Positions 16,837 through 29,017 are shown, numbered from the stretch's first letter. The stretch: DNA of 64,000 nt from an uncultured Hymenobacter sp. (GCA_913778455.1 CAJYVK010000135.1:10087-74086); one strand, 5' to 3'. Notes: generated by a model from the sequence alone, not told the origin. Translations and numbers: made by a program.

Positions 16837-17994
16837 TTACTCAAATACCACGGGCACATCTACCACCTGCGCGGCCCGGCGGCCGGCCGTGACGCCCGGC
16901 ACCCAGGTGGGGCCTTCTTTCACCAAGCGGACAGCCTCGGCGTCGTAGTCGGGGCGTAGCTTGCGCACGGCCTCGGCCTGCTCAATTTTGCCGTCGGCCC
17001 CCAGGTGCAGGCGTACCAGTACCCGGCCCCGCTGGCGGCCCCCGTCGCGGCTGGCGGGCTCAAAGTCGGCTGCGCCTTTTTTCAAATACTCGCGCAGGGC
17101 CGCGTAGCCGCCGCTGGGGGTGGCAGGCAGCGCCGGGGGCGCGGGCATGGTAGCCCGCAGCGGTGCCCCTGACTCCAGCGCCGGGGCTCTTGCGACCTTG
17201 GGGGCTGGGGCCGCCAGCGGTTCGCGGTTCGGCTCGGGGCGGGCCAAAGCGTTCGAATCAGTAGCCACGCTTGGCGCGGATGCCGCCGCTGGCGCTGCGC
17301 TAGTGTAGTCGGCAGGTTGCTCCGGGCGGCCACTCAACGTGTTTGTAGGCGCGGCTGGGGTACGATCAGCAGTTACCGGCTCAGCTTTAGCGGTAACTGA
17401 AGGGTGTTTGCCGCGTCTACTTCTGGCCGTGCTGGGGGGAGCAGGATTATTTTCAAGCTCACGCTGGGCCGTAGTTGAAACGCTTTCGGTACTCAAGGCA
17501 GCGCGTTGAGCGGTGGTGGGCGTCGTCTCAGCATCTGTTGTCGGGCTGCTAGGCGCGGCGGGAATAGCTTGACGGCTGAGCGTTGCGGCCGGATACTGCG
17601 CCGCCACCGTAGTCGGAGCCTGGCGCCGTTGCTGCCAGGTCCACCAGCCCGCCGCTACCAGCCCCAGGATAAGCGCAGCGGCGGCCGCCAACTGCGGAGC
17701 CAGCCAGCGATGCCGCCGCGGAGCCGCCACCAACTGCCGGGCTGGGGCGGCCTGCTGCACTCGCTGACGCAGGCGCTGTTGCAACTGGGCTAAAGCTTGG
17801 TCGGTAGTGGCCGCCGGCGTTTGAAGCAGGCCTTCCAAAATATCGGCGCAGCGGGGGCAGGCCAGGGTGTGCGCCTCTACGCGGTGCTGGGCCGCCGGGG
17901 CCAGCGTGCCCGCCGCGTACTGGCGCAGCAGCGCCACCGGCAGGTGCGGGCCAGCCGGGGCGGTAGCGTTCAGCAGCGGGTTGGTCGGCAGCAT
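16837..17994 (-). CDS. Anti-sigma factor: zf-HC2 N-domain, TM helix, Pro/Ala/Thr-rich linker, TonB-C-like domain
   Basis: H-x3-C-x2-C motif (VEAHTLACPRC), TM WLAPQLAAAAALILGLVAAGWW, C-terminal TonB_C-like fold. It is immediately downstream of the ECF sigma gene. Confidence 0.7.
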   Translation of the reverse strand: MLPTNPLLNATAPAGPHLPVALLRQYAAGTLAPAAQHRVEAHTLACPRCADILEGLLQTPAATTDQALAQLQQRLRQRVQQAAPARQLVAAPRRHRWLAPQLAAAAALILGLVAAGWWTWQQRRQAPTTVAAQYPAATLSRQAIPAAPSSPTTDAETTPTTAQRAALSTESVSTTAQRELENNPAPPSTARSRRGKHPSVTAKAEPVTADRTPAAPTNTLSGRPEQPADYTSAAPAAASAPSVATDSNALARPEPNREPLAAPAPKVARAPALESGAPLRATMPAPPALPATPSGGYAALREYLKKGAADFEPASRDGGRQRGRVLVRLHLGADGKIEQAEAVRKLRPDYDAEAVRLVKEGPTWVPGVTAGRRAAQVVDVPVVFE

Positions 17995-18038
17995 GTTGAG
18001 TTAGGAGTTATGAATTATGAGTTATGAGTTGGGGAGGG
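17995..18038. repeat. C-free (G-free on the coding strand) GAGTTATGAG-type repeat tract abutting the anti-sigma start codon
   Basis: GTTGAGTTAGGAGTTATGAATTATGAGTTATGAGTTGGGGAGGG. Same unit family as 11407-11442. Confidence 0.7.
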
Positions 18039-18088
18039 CGGTGAGCTAGCTGGTTCTTTTGAAAAGCGAAAGTTCTAGGCTAACCCTG

Positions 18089-18766
18089 TTACACCTCGCC
18101 CTTCAGGCCCATTTCTTTGCTGAGCGTGCGTTTGAGCATCCGGCGGCCGTTTTGCAGGTGGCTTTTGACGAGATTGACGGCTAGGCCGGTAATGGCTACA
18201 ATCTCCTGATACGATTTTTCTTCCAGATAAAACAGCTCCAGGCAGCGGCGTTGTTCGGGTGGTAGCTGGGCCAGGGCCAGTTCCAGGGCTTGCAGGTCGG
18301 CCTCGCGCTGGGTGGCTTCGTCGGTCTCAGCCCCGGCATCGGGCAGATGCCGGGCGGCGGCGTTTTCCACATCGGTAGCCTCGGGGAAAAGCACCAGCGG
18401 GCCGCCGCTGGCCGTGCCGCGCTGCCGGGCGCGCAGCTCCATAAGGCAAAAATTACGCGCCGTGGTGTAGAGCCAGGCGCCGAAATTATCGGGAGCGTGG
18501 GTGCGCAGCTTTACCACCAATTGCTCGAAAAGCTGCATTGCGGCGTCCTGCGCATCCTCGTCGGGCGGGGCCAGGTAGCGGCGGCACACGGCAAATACCT
18601 CGGGCAAGTGCCGCTCGTAGAGCAGCCCCAGCGCGGCCACGTCGCCATTCTGGCGGTAGCGAGCCAGCACCTCCTGGTCGGAGGCCAGCGCGGAGGCAGG
18701 GGCGGCAGAAGCACGGCGGCGGAAGAACACGGCAGCAAAATACGCCCCGCCGGCCCGTTGGGCCAC
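18089..18766 (-). CDS. ECF-type RNA polymerase sigma-70 family factor
   Basis: Region 2 (LLYERHLPEVFAVCRRYL, AWLYTTARNFCLMELR) and region 4 (RRCLELFYLEEKSYQEIVAITGLAVNLVKSHLQNGRRML). The start is uncertain (GTG at 18766 or an internal GTG). Confidence 0.85.
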   Translation of the reverse strand: MAQRAGGAYFAAVFFRRRASAAPASALASDQEVLARYRQNGDVAALGLLYERHLPEVFAVCRRYLAPPDEDAQDAAMQLFEQLVVKLRTHAPDNFGAWLYTTARNFCLMELRARQRGTASGGPLVLFPEATDVENAAARHLPDAGAETDEATQREADLQALELALAQLPPEQRRCLELFYLEEKSYQEIVAITGLAVNLVKSHLQNGRRMLKRTLSKEMGLKGEV

Positions 18767-18797
18767 AAAAAAAGGCCCGCGCCGGGGGCGCGGGCCT
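18767..18797 (-). terminator. Intrinsic terminator of the repeat lipoprotein gene
   Basis: The minus strand reads AGGCCCGCGCC-CCC-GGCGCGGGCCT followed by TTTTTTT. Confidence 0.8.
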
Positions 18798-18816
18798 TTC
18801 GCGGAGCGGGCAGCTA

Positions 18817-19209
18817 CTACTGATTGGCAGCGGCCTTCATGTTTTCCTTGGTCTGGCGGGCCGACTTGGCAGCGGCGTCGCCCATGGCGTTCATCTTGTC
18901 GCCGGCGGCGTCCATTTTAGCGTCCATCTTAGCACCGGCTTCTTTGGCGTTGGCTTTAGCGCGGTCGGCGGCAGCCTCCATTTTATCGCCGGCGGCGTCC
19001 ATTTTAGCTTCCATCTTGTCGCCGGCCGCTTCCATTTTATCGCCAGCGGCGTCCATTTTAGCATCCACTTTGTCGCCCACCTGCTCGGCGCTGGGGGTGG
19101 TTACGGTGGTAGTGGTCGAGCCGTCGGCGTTTTTAGAGGTGTCGGTCGAGCAAGCGGTGAAGCTCAGGGCGATGGCGGCGGCAAACAGGGTTTTGAGCGA
19201 AGTATTCAT
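18817..19209 (-). CDS. Lipoprotein with tandem KMDAAGDKME(A) repeats (130 aa)
   Basis: ATG at 19209 gives MNTSLKTLFAAAIALSFTAC (lipobox). The mature part is almost entirely Lys/Asp/Ala/Met helical repeats. The ORF-track 295-aa version is an upstream extension. Confidence 0.6.
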   Translation of the reverse strand: MNTSLKTLFAAAIALSFTACSTDTSKNADGSTTTTVTTPSAEQVGDKVDAKMDAAGDKMEAAGDKMEAKMDAAGDKMEAAADRAKANAKEAGAKMDAKMDAAGDKMNAMGDAAAKSARQTKENMKAAANQ

Positions 19210-19350
19210 GGGGAAGTAGGGAGGGGTAAGAAGTGAGATTACGGCCCTTAATTGCCAGGTGGGCAAAAGGTAACCTTGCACAGTACCACCCCGAATCAAC
19301 TTTTTGCTCTCAGCCCGAGTATAGCCAGCTAATTTCCCCCTTTTCCGCCC

Positions 19351-19752
19351 ATGGACTCTACCGCCACCACTCCGCATTCTACGCCGGCTCCCGAAGTGCA
19401 TCTGCACGTTAGCGACGAGCAAAGCTCGGCCCTGCTCACCGATACGCTCAGCCTGCTCGGCCAGGGCCTGCCCAACGCCGACGGTACTACCGGCCTGCGT
19501 GAGCTCGAGCGCTGGGAAACCGTATTGGCCGCCAGCGACCGTCCTGGCCTGGCTAAAATCCGCCAGGAAGTGAAGCTGCTGCACCAGATGCTGGGCTCTA
19601 AAGACACGCAGAGCCACGAGGTCGCCGAAGTGCTGGCCAGCCTCGGGGCCGAAACCGCCAAAGTGGCTGAAGAGTCGGCCAATGGCTACTCCGATGCGCT
19701 GCACAATCTGAGCAAGCTGCTCATCAAGGCCAGCAACCTGCTCTCGCGCTAA
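19351..19752 (+). CDS. Hypothetical protein (133 aa)
   Basis: ATG ORF with a helical, non-repetitive sequence, followed by a terminator. No family recognised. Confidence 0.5.
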   Translation: MDSTATTPHSTPAPEVHLHVSDEQSSALLTDTLSLLGQGLPNADGTTGLRELERWETVLAASDRPGLAKIRQEVKLLHQMLGSKDTQSHEVAEVLASLGAETAKVAEESANGYSDALHNLSKLLIKASNLLSR

Positions 19753-19782
19753 GCCTGCGCCATCTCCCGCCGCACCTGCCCT

Positions 19783-19826
19783 GAGCCAGCCGAAGCCCTT
19801 GCCCAGGGGCTGCGGCTGGCTCTTTT
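19783..19826 (+). terminator. Intrinsic terminator
   Basis: GAGCCAGCCGAAGCCC-ttgcccag-GGGCTGCGGCTGGCTC followed by TTTT. Confidence 0.75.
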
Positions 19827-20005
19827 GTGCCAGGGCCTGCTAAGGGTAACGTTCAGGCTCGCTACGGTGCGATAACTGACACGCTAATCAGCCTTTAGCA
19901 ATAACCTTTCTGCCGTTGCCTCCCGTATAAGGTCAACTATTCGCCAGCCCCACCAGCCCGTCGCTCGTGGGGCTGGCGAGCGTTCATCCCTTCCAGTTTT
20001 CTATC

Positions 20006-20665
20006 ATGAAGCATTTTTTCCTCTTCGCGGGACTTAGCCTAAGCGCCTTGGGCGCGCAGGCGCAAAAGGGCTCCTTTTACATCGGCGGGCAAGCCGGTTT
20101 CAACTCGACCTCGACCGACGTTGAGAACAACGGCAATACCATTACGACCAGCAAAAGCAACAACTACAGCTTTTCGCCCGAAGTCGGCACCTTTCTTACC
20201 AACCAGGTGCAGCTGGGGGTAGGCTTCACCTTCAGCGGCTCGCGGCAGGAAACGCCCAACGTGCGCCCCGCCTACAACACCCGCATCAATCGCTACGGCG
20301 GCACCGTCTACAGCCGCTATTTTTTCGGCGAAGGAATTTTCCGGCCGTTCATCGGGCTGAATGCCTCGGTGCTGCCCGGCAACAGCACTACCGAGTACGT
20401 TGGCTCTAGCACCACCAAGGCGACTACTCTCGACATTGGGGCTAACCTCAACGCCGGCTTTGGCTACGGCCTTACCAAGCGCGTGACGCTCGTGGGCTCG
20501 TTTGGTACGTTTGGCTTCCAGCGCACTACCTCCAAGCAGGAAGGCAACAACATCGAAACGACGACCAATAATTTTGGCTTGAACGCCAATACGTTGGGCA
20601 ATCTCTTCAACGTGGGGCTGTACTTCACCTTTATCAGCGGCGAAAACCAGGAAGGTGGGAAGTAG
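20006..20665 (+). CDS. Outer-membrane beta-barrel (OmpW/porin-family, OMP_b-brl type) protein
   Basis: ATG at 20006 gives the signal peptide MKHFFLFAGLSLSALGAQAQ. It has alternating beta-strand pattern and a C-terminal aromatic-rich strand. Confidence 0.8.
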   Translation: MKHFFLFAGLSLSALGAQAQKGSFYIGGQAGFNSTSTDVENNGNTITTSKSNNYSFSPEVGTFLTNQVQLGVGFTFSGSRQETPNVRPAYNTRINRYGGTVYSRYFFGEGIFRPFIGLNASVLPGNSTTEYVGSSTTKATTLDIGANLNAGFGYGLTKRVTLVGSFGTFGFQRTTSKQEGNNIETTTNNFGLNANTLGNLFNVGLYFTFISGENQEGGK

Positions 20666-20736
20666 GTGCGGTGAACCGGCTGGCACCGGGGTTTCGCCCC
20701 GGCGGGCCGACCTTTGCGGGCGCAAGTTGCCTCGCT

Positions 20737-21750
20737 ATGATTACCCTCTACGACCCCTTCGACGGGATGCAGTTTGGCCCCGGTCGCTGCTTTCTCACTG
20801 GCCAGCCCGTCGGCCCAGCCGATACGGTGCCCGTCTTTCCCGACTGGCTGCAAGCGGCCTACGGGCTGGCCGAGCGTCCGCTGCACCTGCTCGACCAAAG
20901 CCAGACTACATACGGCGCTCTCCGCTTACCGCTGGCCCCCACGCTGCATGCGCGCCTGGCCGAACTGGAGGCTGAGGTGCAGGCTGCCGCCCAGGCTGGC
21001 CCGGCGGCGCTGCGGGCCCTGCCGCCCGCCCGCTTGTGGCAGTGGCTGGGACGCATCTTCTACGGCATCTTCGTCACCGAGCTGCTGCAACAGCAGGAGC
21101 CGCTCATCAAGCCCCAGTACCCGCTGGCCGAGAATGCCCAGCTGGTACAGCGCTTCCGGGCCTTTTTCCAGCTCTTGCAGGGGCTGCGCGTGCCCACCGA
21201 CTACGCCGACTTCGTGCCCGGCTCGGTGTTCGTGCTCGAAGCCGATGCGGCCTACGAGGCCCCGACCTTTGAGCTGGATGACGATTTGAATACGCTGGTT
21301 ATCAGCTTGAAAATGGGATCGGTTGTCATCGTGGCGACCATGGTTGATATCGGCTTCATCGGCCAGGCGATGCGCCAGGTGTATGCCGACGCCCAGCGCC
21401 CGCTGCACCCGGCCCAGGTGGCCGAGTTCAAGGCCCGCGTGTACTACGCGGCCTACCTGCTGGCCGTGGTGCCCGACGTGTATCCCCGCCGCCCCACGCC
21501 CGCCGACGCGCCCGGGGCCGAGCTGGTGCTCGACGCCCTGGTCGATGACGTGACCTCTTCCATTTTCAACCCCTGGGAAAACCTGGCCTACGGCCACACG
21601 CTCACCGGCCTCTGGCACCGCTGGGGCCTCGCGGAGGAGGTGATTTTGCGCAATCCCTTCCAGCCCCTCAGCCTGCTTTACGATGCCACCGGCCAGCCCC
21701 AGTCGGCTGCCGAAGCCGCCGAGCAGCTGGCCGTGCTGACGTACAAATAA
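20737..21750 (+). CDS. Conserved hypothetical protein (337 aa)
   Basis: ATG at 20737 (MITLYDPFDGMQFGPGRCFLTGQP...). Codon usage is typical for the window. No family recognised. Confidence 0.6.
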   Translation: MITLYDPFDGMQFGPGRCFLTGQPVGPADTVPVFPDWLQAAYGLAERPLHLLDQSQTTYGALRLPLAPTLHARLAELEAEVQAAAQAGPAALRALPPARLWQWLGRIFYGIFVTELLQQQEPLIKPQYPLAENAQLVQRFRAFFQLLQGLRVPTDYADFVPGSVFVLEADAAYEAPTFELDDDLNTLVISLKMGSVVIVATMVDIGFIGQAMRQVYADAQRPLHPAQVAEFKARVYYAAYLLAVVPDVYPRRPTPADAPGAELVLDALVDDVTSSIFNPWENLAYGHTLTGLWHRWGLAEEVILRNPFQPLSLLYDATGQPQSAAEAAEQLAVLTYK

Positions 21751-21849
21751 GCTGGCTGCCACCAAATTCAAGTAGCTGTTGCGAAGGGGCAAATAACCTC
21801 GGTCATGGCCGCGTCACGCAACCTGCTTGGTCGCCCGCCCCGTATGCCA

Positions 21850-21880
21850 AACCCCGGCTCGCCAACGAGCCGGGGTTTTT
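21850..21880 (+). terminator. Intrinsic terminator
   Basis: AACCCCGGCTCG-ccaa-CGAGCCGGGGTT followed by TTT. Confidence 0.75.
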
Positions 21881-21900
21881 CATTTCCTTTTCCCTTCCTC

Positions 21901-23076
21901 ATGCGCGCTCTCTTCTTCCCCACAAGCCTGGTGGCTGCTGGCCTGCTGCTAGGCGGCTGCAACTCCGGCTCTACCGCCGACAAGCCGCGCGGGACCATCC
22001 CCGCCGATTCGACCGCCGCCCACGTGCCCGCACCCGTGCCCGCTGGCTCGCCGCTCACCATCGTGGGCGAGTTTGAAGCCCCGCAGGTGACGGGTGTGGC
22101 CGTGGCTCCCGGCGGCAAGGTCTTCGCCTTCTCGCCGCGCTGGGACTACAATCCTACCTACCCCGTGGCCGTGGTCGGCCCCAGCAACACCCTCACGCCC
22201 TACCCCGACGCCGGCTGGTGCATGTGGAACGACTCCGTGAAAACTGAGCCGCTCAAGCACTGGATTTGCCCGCAGGCCGGCTACGTCGATAAGGAGGGCA
22301 TGCTCTGGATTATCGACCCCGCCGCGCCCGGTCTCAAGTTCACGGTGCCCGGTGGCGTGAAGCTGGTTAAAACCGACCCCAAAACCAACAAGGTGGTGCA
22401 GGTCATTCCCTTCCCCGAGAGCGTGGCTCCGCGCAAGTCGTACCTCAACGACGTGCGTATCGATCTGCAAAACAACTATGCCTACCTCACCGACTCGGGT
22501 ACCGGGGCGCTGGTAGTAGTAGATTTGAAAACCACCAAGTCGCGCCAGCTGCTGCCCAAGCAGCCGTCCACCCTGCCCGATAAAGGCTTCATTACCAAAG
22601 CCCAGGGGAAAGCGCTGTACGACCCGATGGGCAAGCCCGGCCAGTTCAAGGCCGATGGTATCGCGTTGAGCACCGACAACCAGTACCTCTACTACCGGGC
22701 GCTGTCGGGCCACTCGCTCTACCGCATCAAAACGGCCGTGCTGCGCGATGCCGCCCTTAGCCCAGCCCAAGTGCAGGCCGCCGTCGAGAAGCTGCCCGAT
22801 GCCCCCGCCTGCGACGGCATGGAGCTCGACAGCAAGAACAATCTCTACCTCACGGCCTTCGAGACCGGCTCCATTCTGCGCCGCACGCCCGACGGTAAAA
22901 CCGAAACCGTGGTGCAGGAGCAGCGCCTCGAATGGCCCGACACCTTCGCCTGGGATCCCGATGGTAACAACATCTACTTCACGACCTCAGCCATTCACAA
23001 AACGCCCAACTGGAACAAGGGCGTTGGGCAGCCCCGCGAGCCGTTCCGCATCTACAAGATGGCGCTGGCCAAGTAA
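21901..23076 (+). CDS. Major royal jelly / yellow-family (MRJP, six-bladed beta-propeller) lipoprotein
   Basis: ATG at 21901 gives MRALFFPTSLVAAGLLLGGC. It has the motifs YLNDVRIDLQNNYAYLTDSGTGALVVVDL, ADGIALSTDNQYLYY and PDTFAWDPDGN.IYFTTS characteristic of bacterial MRJP-family proteins. Confidence 0.7.
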   Translation: MRALFFPTSLVAAGLLLGGCNSGSTADKPRGTIPADSTAAHVPAPVPAGSPLTIVGEFEAPQVTGVAVAPGGKVFAFSPRWDYNPTYPVAVVGPSNTLTPYPDAGWCMWNDSVKTEPLKHWICPQAGYVDKEGMLWIIDPAAPGLKFTVPGGVKLVKTDPKTNKVVQVIPFPESVAPRKSYLNDVRIDLQNNYAYLTDSGTGALVVVDLKTTKSRQLLPKQPSTLPDKGFITKAQGKALYDPMGKPGQFKADGIALSTDNQYLYYRALSGHSLYRIKTAVLRDAALSPAQVQAAVEKLPDAPACDGMELDSKNNLYLTAFETGSILRRTPDGKTETVVQEQRLEWPDTFAWDPDGNNIYFTTSAIHKTPNWNKGVGQPREPFRIYKMALAK

Positions 23077-23867
23077 TTGGCGCGCTTGCCGCTGGCCCGG
23101 CCGCCAAAGCTTACGGCCCGCGCGTGATTTCCCCGACCCGGCCGGGCGTGGGCTGCTACGGTGGTCCGCGCCCGGCCTTTGTGTGCCGGCCTGGGGGCTG
23201 CGGCCAGCCGCAGCCGGGCATCGCGGGCGCAGACGGAGAGCTTCTCGCGGCGGTGGGTAAGGATGTCGATGCGCCGACGGTGGCGGCGATTCATGGTATC
23301 GTGCACTGTGTACACGCCGTCGAGCTGCGGCGATACGTGGCTCACCTGCACCTTGTCGCCGTAGTTGAATTTACCGCCGTTGCGCTTCAGCAGGTCGGGC
23401 GAGAGGGCCAGCCAGCGCGTGCGGCTGCCGTAGCGCGGCCGGATGCGCGAGTTGTCGGCCGTGATGAACGGGCTGCTGTCCGTCTGGCCGGGTACGGCCT
23501 GGTATACGGTGGCCGTGACCTTGTATGTGCGGTCGGCGGGCTGCCGTGGGGGCCGGTGCTTAGCGAGCCGGGGCGTAGTGCTGGCCAGGTGCCGGGCAGC
23601 GTGCTGCTTGGCTGGGTGCGCTTCCCGGTGGTGCGCTGCCACACGCTTGGCTTCGCGCCGCTTGCTGGGCTGGGCTCGGCTGGGCTTTTCCTTCGGTTTG
23701 TGCGGCTCGCTAGTCTTCTTGGTACGTTTCGCTTGCAACTTGTGCCGAGCAGCTGGCTGGTGCTTGTTGGCTCTCGACTGGTGCCGGGAGGCGGTCGGCC
23801 GGTGCGCAGCGGCACTCAAGGAAAGCGCTGCCAGTATTAAGGAGGTTACGAGTTTGGTGCTGTGCAT
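23052..23867 (-). CDS. 3D (Asp-Asp-Asp) domain protein with a basic low-complexity N-terminal region
   Basis: Signal peptide MHSTKLVTSLILAALSLSAAA. The core YKVTATVYQAVPGQTDSSPFITADNSRI...GDKVQV...GVYTVHDTMNRRHRRRIDIL matches the 3D/MltA-like double-psi barrel. The Arg-rich C-tail overlaps the convergent gene by 25 nt. Confidence 0.7.
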   Translation of the reverse strand: MHSTKLVTSLILAALSLSAAAHRPTASRHQSRANKHQPAARHKLQAKRTKKTSEPHKPKEKPSRAQPSKRREAKRVAAHHREAHPAKQHAARHLASTTPRLAKHRPPRQPADRTYKVTATVYQAVPGQTDSSPFITADNSRIRPRYGSRTRWLALSPDLLKRNGGKFNYGDKVQVSHVSPQLDGVYTVHDTMNRRHRRRIDILTHRREKLSVCARDARLRLAAAPRPAHKGRARTTVAAHARPGRGNHARAVSFGGRASGKRANYLASAIL

Positions 23868-24234
23868 GGAAGAATACTAGGTTTCATCTCCGGGTAGAGC
23901 AGCTTTGCTCGCGCAGGAAGCCTTTAACAGCAACGAAAAGGCAATAGTTGCCCGCCCCTTTTGGGGAGCGGTCAGGTAGCAGAAGATCAGTTGCGAGGCG
24001 AAAGGTAGCGTGGTCTCTTACCGCGTTCGACAACGCAAGTTTTGTAGCCCGAAACGTTATGGGCTAACCCGCATTGCCTGAAATCAGTAACGAAATAGAG
24101 AACCCATGCCACTCATTTTTTGCATAAATTAGCCGACTGACTTTGTACCAACCTGTTTGTGTTTTTGTAATTGATTGGTTAATAGATCAATTTGTAAAAC
24201 CGAATGTAGGTTTTTAGGTTGCTGTCAGCGACTT

Positions 24235-24242
24235 TACTTTTG
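24235..24242 (+). promoter_or_regulatory. Candidate Bacteroidota-type -7 box (TACTTTTG) for sucA
   Basis: Matches TAnnTTTG 33 nt upstream of the sucA ATG, inside an AT-rich 400-nt intergenic region. Confidence 0.3.
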
Positions 24243-24274
24243 TTCTGCTGAATAGTCTTTCAAATTCCCTCCTC

Positions 24275-27193
<2,919 letters not shown>

Positions 27194-27196
27194 ATA

Positions 27197-27278
27197 ATGT
27201 AGGGTAAGCTTTAGCTTGCCCGACGTCTGGCGAGCCACGACCCACCAGACGCCGGGCAAGCTAAAGCTTACCCTACAT
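27197..27278. repeat. 82-nt nested-palindrome element, variant of the 3589/8531 family
   Basis: ATGTAGGGTAAGCTTTAGCTTGCCCG-(30 nt)-CGGGCAAGCTAAAGCTTACCCTACAT. It has the same ATGT...AAGCTnnAGCTT...ACAT architecture with different stem sequence. It lies in the sucA-sucB spacer. Confidence 0.8.
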
Positions 27279-27326
27279 TGATGATAATCAACTAGCAAAA
27301 AGACGCTTTCCTACCACCCGCCTACC

Positions 27327-28961
27327 ATGCCCACCGAAATTAAAATCCCCGCCGTTGGCGAATCCATCACCGAAGTCACGATTGCTAAGTGGCTCAAGAA
27401 AGACGGCGAGGCCGTGAAGCGCGACGAGGTAATCGCCGAGCTGGAATCGGACAAGGCCACGTTTGAGTTGCCCGCCGAAGCCGACGGTACCCTCAAAATC
27501 CTGGTAGCCGAAGGCGAAACCATCGGCATCGGCACGGCCATCGCCCAGCTCGACGGGACCGGTGCCCCGGCGGGCGACAGCCCGGCCGCCGCGCCTGCCG
27601 CTGGCGGTGATGCCCTCGCCAAAGGTGAGCAAAACCCCGCGGCCAGCGACCAGAGCGGCTACGGTGGCCAGCCCGCCGACCGTCACGCAGCCGACGCCGC
27701 GACGCCCGGCGCCCCGGCGGCCAGCGGTGGCACGGTTGAAATGAAGATTCCCGCCGTGGGCGAGTCCATCACCGAAGTAACGGTGGCCAAATGGCTCAAG
27801 CCCGACGGTGCCCAGGTGAGCCGCGACGAGGTGATTGCCGAGCTGGAATCGGACAAGGCCACGTTTGAATTGCCCGCCGAGGGCAACGGCACGCTGCGCC
27901 ACGCAGTGAAAGAAGGCGAAACCATCGGGATCGGGGCGCTCATCGCCCGCATTGAAAGTGGCAGCGGCGCAGCGGCTCCGGCCGCCAGCGCGCCCGCTCC
28001 GGCAGCGGCTGCCCCCGCGGCGGCGCAACCGGCCAGCGGTGGCGCGGCTACCTACGCCAGCGGCGTGCCTTCGCCGGCCGCCGGTAAAATCTTGGGTGAG
28101 AAGGGTATCAACCCGGCCGACGTGGCTGGCACGGGCCGCGATGGCCGCATCACCAAGGAAGACGCGCAGAATGCCCAGACCAAGCCCGCTGCCCCGGCTC
28201 CGGCCGCTAAGCCGACCGCTCCGGCCCCGGCCAGCGCTGCCCCCGCTGCCCCGGCTGGGGAGCGCGGTCAGCGTCGCGAGCGCATGAGCAACCTACGCAA
28301 GACGGTAGCGCGCCGCCTGGTGACGGTGAAAAACGAGACGGCCATGCTCACCACCTTCAACGAGGTGAATATGCAGCCCATCATGGACCTGCGCAGCAAG
28401 TTCAAAGACAAGTTCAAGGAGAAAAACGGCGTGAACCTGGGCTTTATGTCCTTCTTCACCAAGGCCGTGTGCGTGGCCCTGCAAGAGTGGCCGGCCGTGA
28501 ACGCCTACATCGACGGCGACAGCATTGTGTACTCCGACTTCTGCGACATCAGCATTGCCGTGTCGGCTCCCAAAGGGCTGGTGGTACCGGTGATTCGTAA
28601 CGCCGAGAAGCTAAGCTTCGATGGCATCGAGAAGGAAGTGGTGCGCCTGGCTGGCCTGGCCCGCGACAACAAGCTCACCATTGAGCAAATGACGGGCGGC
28701 ACGTTCACCATCACCAATGGTGGCATCTTCGGCTCGATGCTGAGCACGCCCATCATCAATGCGCCGCAATCGGCCATTCTGGGCATGCACAACATCATTC
28801 AGCGCCCCGTGGCCGAGAACGGTCAAGTGGTGATTCGCCCCATGATGTACCTCGCCCTGAGCTACGACCACCGCATCATCGACGGCCGCGAATCGGTGTC
28901 GTTTCTGGTGCGCGTGAAGGAGCTGCTCGAAGACCCGACCCGCTTGCTGCTCGGTGTTTAG
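27327..28961 (+). CDS. sucB: Dihydrolipoyllysine-residue succinyltransferase (E2o) with two lipoyl domains
   Basis: Two [14 protein letters not shown] lipoyl-attachment motifs, Ala/Pro linkers, an E3-binding domain and the catalytic domain with DHRIIDG. Confidence 0.97.
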   Translation: MPTEIKIPAVGESITEVTIAKWLKKDGEAVKRDEVIAELESDKATFELPAEADGTLKILVAEGETIGIGTAIAQLDGTGAPAGDSPAAAPAAGGDALAKGEQNPAASDQSGYGGQPADRHAADAATPGAPAASGGTVEMKIPAVGESITEVTVAKWLKPDGAQVSRDEVIAELESDKATFELPAEGNGTLRHAVKEGETIGIGALIARIESGSGAAAPAASAPAPAAAAPAAAQPASGGAATYASGVPSPAAGKILGEKGINPADVAGTGRDGRITKEDAQNAQTKPAAPAPAAKPTAPAPASAAPAAPAGERGQRRERMSNLRKTVARRLVTVKNETAMLTTFNEVNMQPIMDLRSKFKDKFKEKNGVNLGFMSFFTKAVCVALQEWPAVNAYIDGDSIVYSDFCDISIAVSAPKGLVVPVIRNAEKLSFDGIEKEVVRLAGLARDNKLTIEQMTGGTFTITNGGIFGSMLSTPIINAPQSAILGMHNIIQRPVAENGQVVIRPMMYLALSYDHRIIDGRESVSFLVRVKELLEDPTRLLLGV

Positions 28962-28987
28962 AAAAGTTCTAATTGGATTTTAAAAAG

Positions 28988-29017
28988 GGTCGCTCCACTA
29001 CGGAGCGGCCCTTTTTT
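28988..29017 (+). terminator. Intrinsic terminator of sucAB
   Basis: GGGTCGCTCC-actac-GGAGCGGCCC followed by TTTTTT. Confidence 0.85.

Noticed and set aside
23052-23260. Arg-rich C-terminal tail of the 3D-domain protein overlapping the convergent MRJP gene, as a possible stop-loss extension
   Set aside because: It cannot be judged without homologue alignment. The frame is continuous with the conserved 3D core and no alternative stop is evident, so it is left as annotated with a caveat.
27327-27960. Duplicated lipoyl domain in sucB as a possible assembly duplication
   Set aside because: The two domains are diverged in sequence (not identical repeats) and are separated by a normal Ala/Pro linker. 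Multi-lipoyl E2 proteins are well known.
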